Below the pieces are notes generated by a model. It did no database searches and was not told where the DNA came from. It saw only the letters and a program-made list of their open reading frames with translations. The position numbers and the translations under genes are program-made. This document shows, piece after piece, positions 37,680 to 41,857 of a stretch of DNA of 41,857 nucleotides. The stretch's first letter is position 1, and every line of letters begins with the position of its first letter. The DNA lies in contig CALLYA010000069.1 in the NCBI GenBank assembly GCA_937875495.1, positions 1-41,857 on the forward strand. Reading direction: 5' to 3'. Origin of the DNA: an uncultured Verrucomicrobiota bacterium (GTDB lineage: Bacteria > Verrucomicrobiota > CALLYA01).

Positions 37680-37892
37680 ATGACTGATCTGCAATCGGCA
37701 CATATGGGGTTTCTGGTATTGTTCGGGTTGGGCGGGATCATCTCCGCTGCGGGGTTTCTCCTGCCGGCGTATGTCGGAGCGCTCAACTGGAGCAACCGTG
37801 AACATCGCATCATGACATACTGGGGAATCGCCGTTTATCTCAGCCACCTATTGGTCTTGGGATACATGCAATTTGTCGCCGTAAACTTCTAA
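37680..37892 (+). CDS. Small two-TM membrane protein upstream of the SSS transporter
   Basis: 70 aa, two hydrophobic segments, 10 bp from the transporter start. Confidence 0.6.
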   Translation: MTDLQSAHMGFLVLFGLGGIISAAGFLLPAYVGALNWSNREHRIMTYWGIAVYLSHLLVLGYMQFVAVNF

Positions 37893-37902
37893 GCCCTCCA
37901 TC

Positions 37903-39780
37903 ATGAATATAGCCATTACCATCAGTCCCTTGGATACGGGGGTCGTCCTCGTATACTTCACGCTGATCATCCTCGCGGGCACCGCGATGGGTGGTTTCAC
38001 GCGCAGCACCAAAGACTTTTTTATGGCCGGCCAGCGGTTCGGTGCTTGGCTGATCGCCTTTTCCTGTGTGGCGACGACGGTCGGCTCCTACAGCTTCATC
38101 AAGTATGCGACCGCCGGGTTCAACTATGGAATGTCATCCTCCATGTCGTATGTGAACGACTGGATCTGGTATGGATTCTGGGCATTCGGCTGGTTCCCCA
38201 TCATCTACTACTCCGGCGTGATGTCGGTCCCGGAGTATTTCGAGCGGCGTTTCAATGCCCGGTGCCGTGCGGTGGCCAGTGGCGTGTTGCTGCTCTACAT
38301 GGTGGGCTACATCGGGATCAACCTCTACACGCTCGGCGTCGCCTTGGAGCCGATTTTATTGCCCCACCTGCAGGCGATCTGGCCCTGGTTTTCGACGATC
38401 CATCTGGTGATACTGATTGCGGGGGTCACTTCGATTTACGTCGTTGCGGGCGGGCAGACCTCGGTCATTGTGACGGACCTGATCCAGGGGGTGTTATTGC
38501 TCTTCATGGGCCTGGCGCTGTTTGGGTTCGGTATCCGCTTCTTGCACATGCACGATCAGGGGTTCTGGGCGAACCTGCCGCCGATGTGGCGGGTGCCGAT
38601 CTACAAGCTGCAGGAGCCGGGGAACTTCAATTCGCTCGGCATCTTTTGGCAGGACGGGATCGCCAACTCCGCCGCGTTTTGGTTCATGCATCAGGGTTTG
38701 ATCCTGCGCTTCCTTTCGGCGCGGACCGCGAAGGACGCGCGCAAGGCGTTCACTGTGACGCTCTTCATTCTGATGCCGTTGGCGACCATCTGCGTTTCGA
38801 GCGCCGGCTGGATCGGGCGTGCCATGGTGGAAGCCGGGCTGCTCCCGACGGATGTCGACCCGAAACACATCTTCATCACCGTGGCCAACACGGTGGTGCA
38901 TACCCCCGGCTTCTTCGGTCTGATCCTCGCCGCGCTGACGGCGGCGTTGATGTCGACGGCGGACACGTTGATCAACGCGGTGGCTGCTGTGTCGATCAAC
39001 GACATCTACCGCCGCTTTTGGGTGAAGAACAAGTCGGATAAGCACTACCTCTTGATGGCGCGTTGGATCTCGATCGGCGCGGCGATTGTGGGCGTCTCGA
39101 TCGTACCGATTTATATGAAGTTCAAGTCGATCTATGTCGCGCACGGCGCGTTTACGGCGGCGATCACGCCGCCGTTGGTGGTTCCGATCCTGCTTGCGGC
39201 CTTCTGGCGCCGGTTCACCGCCAAGGCGGCGATCACCACGATGGTGGGCGGCGTGGCCCTGGTCGGCATCTCCATCTGGAAGCCGCAGGTGATGGAGTGG
39301 TGCCGCATGGGCATTGCCGAGGGTGGTGAGAATTACTTCCGTGCGCTCTTCGGGACGGTCGTCTGTTTTGTGATCGGGATTGTGACCTCGCTGCTGACCC
39401 AGCACGATGCGTCTGAAAATACGGCAGGGTTGGTCTGGGGGCCTGAGCGCGAATTCAAGGAACTGTACAAGGGTTCACCGATCAATGAGCGTCCAGGTGG
39501 TAAGTTGGAGCTCAAGCTCCAGCTGGCCGATCTGCCCAACGAGCAGGTCGTCGTCCCAGCGGACGCTGCCGAGGTCCTGGCCGCGGAGGCGGGGGACATC
39601 ATCTTCCTGTCGCATCCCGGTCGATTCCACGGTGTGCTGCGATCGGCGCACGTCCGCCTGGCGGCACTGCCGGAGGGGATCACACCGCCGGATTCGGGGC
39701 ATGTCCTGGTCAGTGCAGATCTGTTGGAACAGGCTCGTCTGAAGGCGGATGGGTCTGCGGTTTTGTGGAAAATCATGTAG
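37903..39780 (+). CDS. Sodium:solute symporter (SSS) with a soluble C-terminal extension
   Basis: DFFMAG, PEYFERRF, GG..SVI.TD.IQG, QG.ILRFLSA, AALMST.D; many TM segments. Confidence 0.92.
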   Translation: MNIAITISPLDTGVVLVYFTLIILAGTAMGGFTRSTKDFFMAGQRFGAWLIAFSCVATTVGSYSFIKYATAGFNYGMSSSMSYVNDWIWYGFWAFGWFPIIYYSGVMSVPEYFERRFNARCRAVASGVLLLYMVGYIGINLYTLGVALEPILLPHLQAIWPWFSTIHLVILIAGVTSIYVVAGGQTSVIVTDLIQGVLLLFMGLALFGFGIRFLHMHDQGFWANLPPMWRVPIYKLQEPGNFNSLGIFWQDGIANSAAFWFMHQGLILRFLSARTAKDARKAFTVTLFILMPLATICVSSAGWIGRAMVEAGLLPTDVDPKHIFITVANTVVHTPGFFGLILAALTAALMSTADTLINAVAAVSINDIYRRFWVKNKSDKHYLLMARWISIGAAIVGVSIVPIYMKFKSIYVAHGAFTAAITPPLVVPILLAAFWRRFTAKAAITTMVGGVALVGISIWKPQVMEWCRMGIAEGGENYFRALFGTVVCFVIGIVTSLLTQHDASENTAGLVWGPEREFKELYKGSPINERPGGKLELKLQLADLPNEQVVVPADAAEVLAAEAGDIIFLSHPGRFHGVLRSAHVRLAALPEGITPPDSGHVLVSADLLEQARLKADGSAVLWKIM

Positions 39781-39798
39781 CGCTTCAAAGCAACAAAG

Positions 39799-40743
39799 AT
39801 GAAACCATTTGGAATCGCGTTGGGCAGTGGTGCTGCCCGGGGCTTGGCGCACATCGGTGTTCTGGAGGCCCTTGAAGAGGAGGGCCTCCGGCCTGCTTGG
39901 ATTGCCGGCACCAGCATGGGCGCCCTGGTCGGGGCGGTCTATGGGTCTGGTAATCTGACTTCGTTGAAGGAGGAATTCCTCAAGCTGGATCGGCGCAACA
40001 TTCTTTTTTACTTCCTGGAGCTGAACATGCCCAGGAGTGGGCTGATCGACGGGCACCGGATTGTAGAAACCCTGGAGGATCAGTTTCTGACGCGAAGGAT
40101 TGAGGACCTCGACTGCCCGTTTCGGTGTATTGCGACGAACCTGCTGACCGGCAAGCCGTATATTTTTCGGGAGGGCAATCTCGCGCAAGCGGTGCGTGCC
40201 AGCATCTCGATCCCCGGCATCTTCAATCCGGTCTATATCGAGCCGGACGTTCTGATCGACGGTGGCTTGGTCAATCCGGTACCGGTGGATGAGGTCCGAG
40301 ACATGGGTGCAAAGTTTGTGGTTGGGGTTGAGGTAACCTTTGGCAGGCTGGAGAAGGCCGAGAAATCGATTCCCACCAACTATCTCGATCGGCTGCGTGA
40401 AATCCAAACCGATCTGCGGTCGGAGACGCGGCAGCGCTGGATCGATCGTATCAAGGAGGCGTTGACCTCGGTGAACCCGGAGCAGTTGGGGCCGATCAAG
40501 AAGTGGTTGGCGCCTGCGCCGATCCCCAACATGATCGATGTACTGGCCAATTCATTCCGCATCATGGAGGACACGCTGGGGGATTTTCTGTTGAAGATTC
40601 ACCCGGCAGACCTGCTGATCCGGCCGGATGTCTCCGCGATTGGGACCCTCGAATTCGATCGCGCGGACGAAGCGATTGCGGCTGGATACGAGGCGATGCA
40701 TGCTGCGATGCCGCAATTACAAGCAGCGCTTGAGAATGGCTGA
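39799..40743 (+). CDS. Patatin-like phospholipase (RssA/NTE family)
   Basis: GSGAARG.AHIG, GTSMG, DGG. Confidence 0.92.
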   Translation: MKPFGIALGSGAARGLAHIGVLEALEEEGLRPAWIAGTSMGALVGAVYGSGNLTSLKEEFLKLDRRNILFYFLELNMPRSGLIDGHRIVETLEDQFLTRRIEDLDCPFRCIATNLLTGKPYIFREGNLAQAVRASISIPGIFNPVYIEPDVLIDGGLVNPVPVDEVRDMGAKFVVGVEVTFGRLEKAEKSIPTNYLDRLREIQTDLRSETRQRWIDRIKEALTSVNPEQLGPIKKWLAPAPIPNMIDVLANSFRIMEDTLGDFLLKIHPADLLIRPDVSAIGTLEFDRADEAIAAGYEAMHAAMPQLQAALENG

Positions 40744-40800
40744 TCAGGCCGTCTCCAGTCTGTTTCACGTCGTTGGGCAAAGAGGAAGTAGGAGGTTCCA

Positions 40801-41763
40801 GTGAGAGCAATCCTGGTAAGGGAAACCGGCAAACCGGAAGTCATGCGCATTGAGGAATTGCCTTCACCGACGCCTGGGGCGGGGGAACTCGTGATTGATC
40901 TCGAGGCGGTTGGGGTCAACCCGGTGGACACCTATATCCGGTCCGGTGCACAGGGCTATGCTCCGAAGTTGCCCTACACCCCCGGCCTGGACGGGGCCGG
41001 GATTGTATCGGCGGTGGGCAAGGGTGTCACCCAGCTTCGGCCGGGGGATCGGGTCTACATTGCCGGTTCATTGAGCGGAACTTACGCGGAGCAGGTGTGC
41101 TGTTTGGAGGGCCAGGTTCATCCTCTGCCGAAATCGCTCTCGTTTGCGCAGGGTGCGGGCATTGGCGTGCCGTATGGCACAGCCTACCGTGCGCTCTTTA
41201 TCCGTGGTGCGGCAAAACCGGGTGACGTCGTCCTGGTGCACGGCGCGAGCGGTGGAGTGGGGTTGGCGGCGGTGCAGCTGGCAGCGGCTGTGGGTATGCG
41301 TGTGTTTGCCACGGCGGGGACGGAAGAAGGCCGCCTCATCGCCTGTTCGGCGGGTGCGCATGCCGCGGTCGACCACCACGCACCAGAGCATATGGATGAA
41401 CTTTTGGGTCAGCTGGGCCAGAGTGGGTTCGACGTGATTCTGGAGATGCTGGCCAACGTCAATCTCGATCGTGACCTCACGGCGCTCGCGCGCGGGGGGC
41501 GCGTGGTCGTGGTGGGGAATCGAGGCCGGGTGGAGATCAACCCGCGGGACCTGATGGGGCGTGACGCGTCGGTCCTCGGTATGACCCTTATGCACGCAAG
41601 CCCGGAGGAGCTGGGGAGGATCCATGCCGCGTTGGGGGCGGGCTTTGAGCGTGGGGTGTTGAATCCAATCGTAGCCTGTGAGCTGCCGTTGGACCAGGCG
41701 CCGAAGGCGCATCATTGGATCATGGAACAACCCGCGCGCGGCAAGATTGTTCTGATGCCGTAA
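40801..41763 (+). CDS. NADPH:quinone reductase (zeta-crystallin, MDR family)
   Basis: GVNPVD, PG.DGAG, HGASGGVG.AAVQ, GKIVL. Confidence 0.93.
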   Translation: MRAILVRETGKPEVMRIEELPSPTPGAGELVIDLEAVGVNPVDTYIRSGAQGYAPKLPYTPGLDGAGIVSAVGKGVTQLRPGDRVYIAGSLSGTYAEQVCCLEGQVHPLPKSLSFAQGAGIGVPYGTAYRALFIRGAAKPGDVVLVHGASGGVGLAAVQLAAAVGMRVFATAGTEEGRLIACSAGAHAAVDHHAPEHMDELLGQLGQSGFDVILEMLANVNLDRDLTALARGGRVVVVGNRGRVEINPRDLMGRDASVLGMTLMHASPEELGRIHAALGAGFERGVLNPIVACELPLDQAPKAHHWIMEQPARGKIVLMP

Positions 41764-41857
41764 TCCGGGAAGGCCTCGCCGGTGGCCCGATCGAGCTTGC
41801 TTGAGGCTATCCGAAAAGGTCTCCGGATCCGGATGGGGAGGTATCCCGCAGAGATCG

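Noticed and set aside
1-41857. Autonomous IS, prophage, DGR or retron as source of the repeats
   Set aside because: No transposase, integrase, reverse transcriptase or phage ORF is recognisable; any mobilising enzyme would have to act in trans.

Overview
GC-rich bacterial chromosomal window. A PVC-type lineage (Verrucomicrobia/Kiritimatiellae/Lentisphaerae-like) is suggested by the gene repertoire, but this is inference. About 25 genes: symporter-msrC-nagA (minus); surA-pdxA-rsmA-asparaginase; two giant secreted proteins (lamin-tail/CotH/PA14; M36 fungalysin/FN3/TSP3); uxaE and an L-arabinose/fucose isomerase-family protein; a two-component cluster interrupted by a secreted ADP-ribosylglycohydrolase; HAD phosphatase; ThuA-DUF1080; Mesh1-like HD hydrolase; CE7 esterase; serine hydrolase; SSS transporter; patatin; quinone reductase. 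I see no rRNA, tRNA, CRISPR array, transposase, integrase or reverse transcriptase. The most unusual signal is non-coding. Six intergenic loci (1-175, 2894-3074, 19786-20003, 32056-32789, 34344-34424, 37208-37590) hold short tandem arrays (6-9 bp units), and most share modules: a conserved 28-68 bp leader abutting different arrays, a double hairpin showing covariation, and inverted hexamer arms. At 32351-32676 a pair of these arms encloses what looks like an internally deleted four-helix-bundle (IVP-family) gene. This suggests footprints of an uncharacterised repeat-flanked mobile cassette system.
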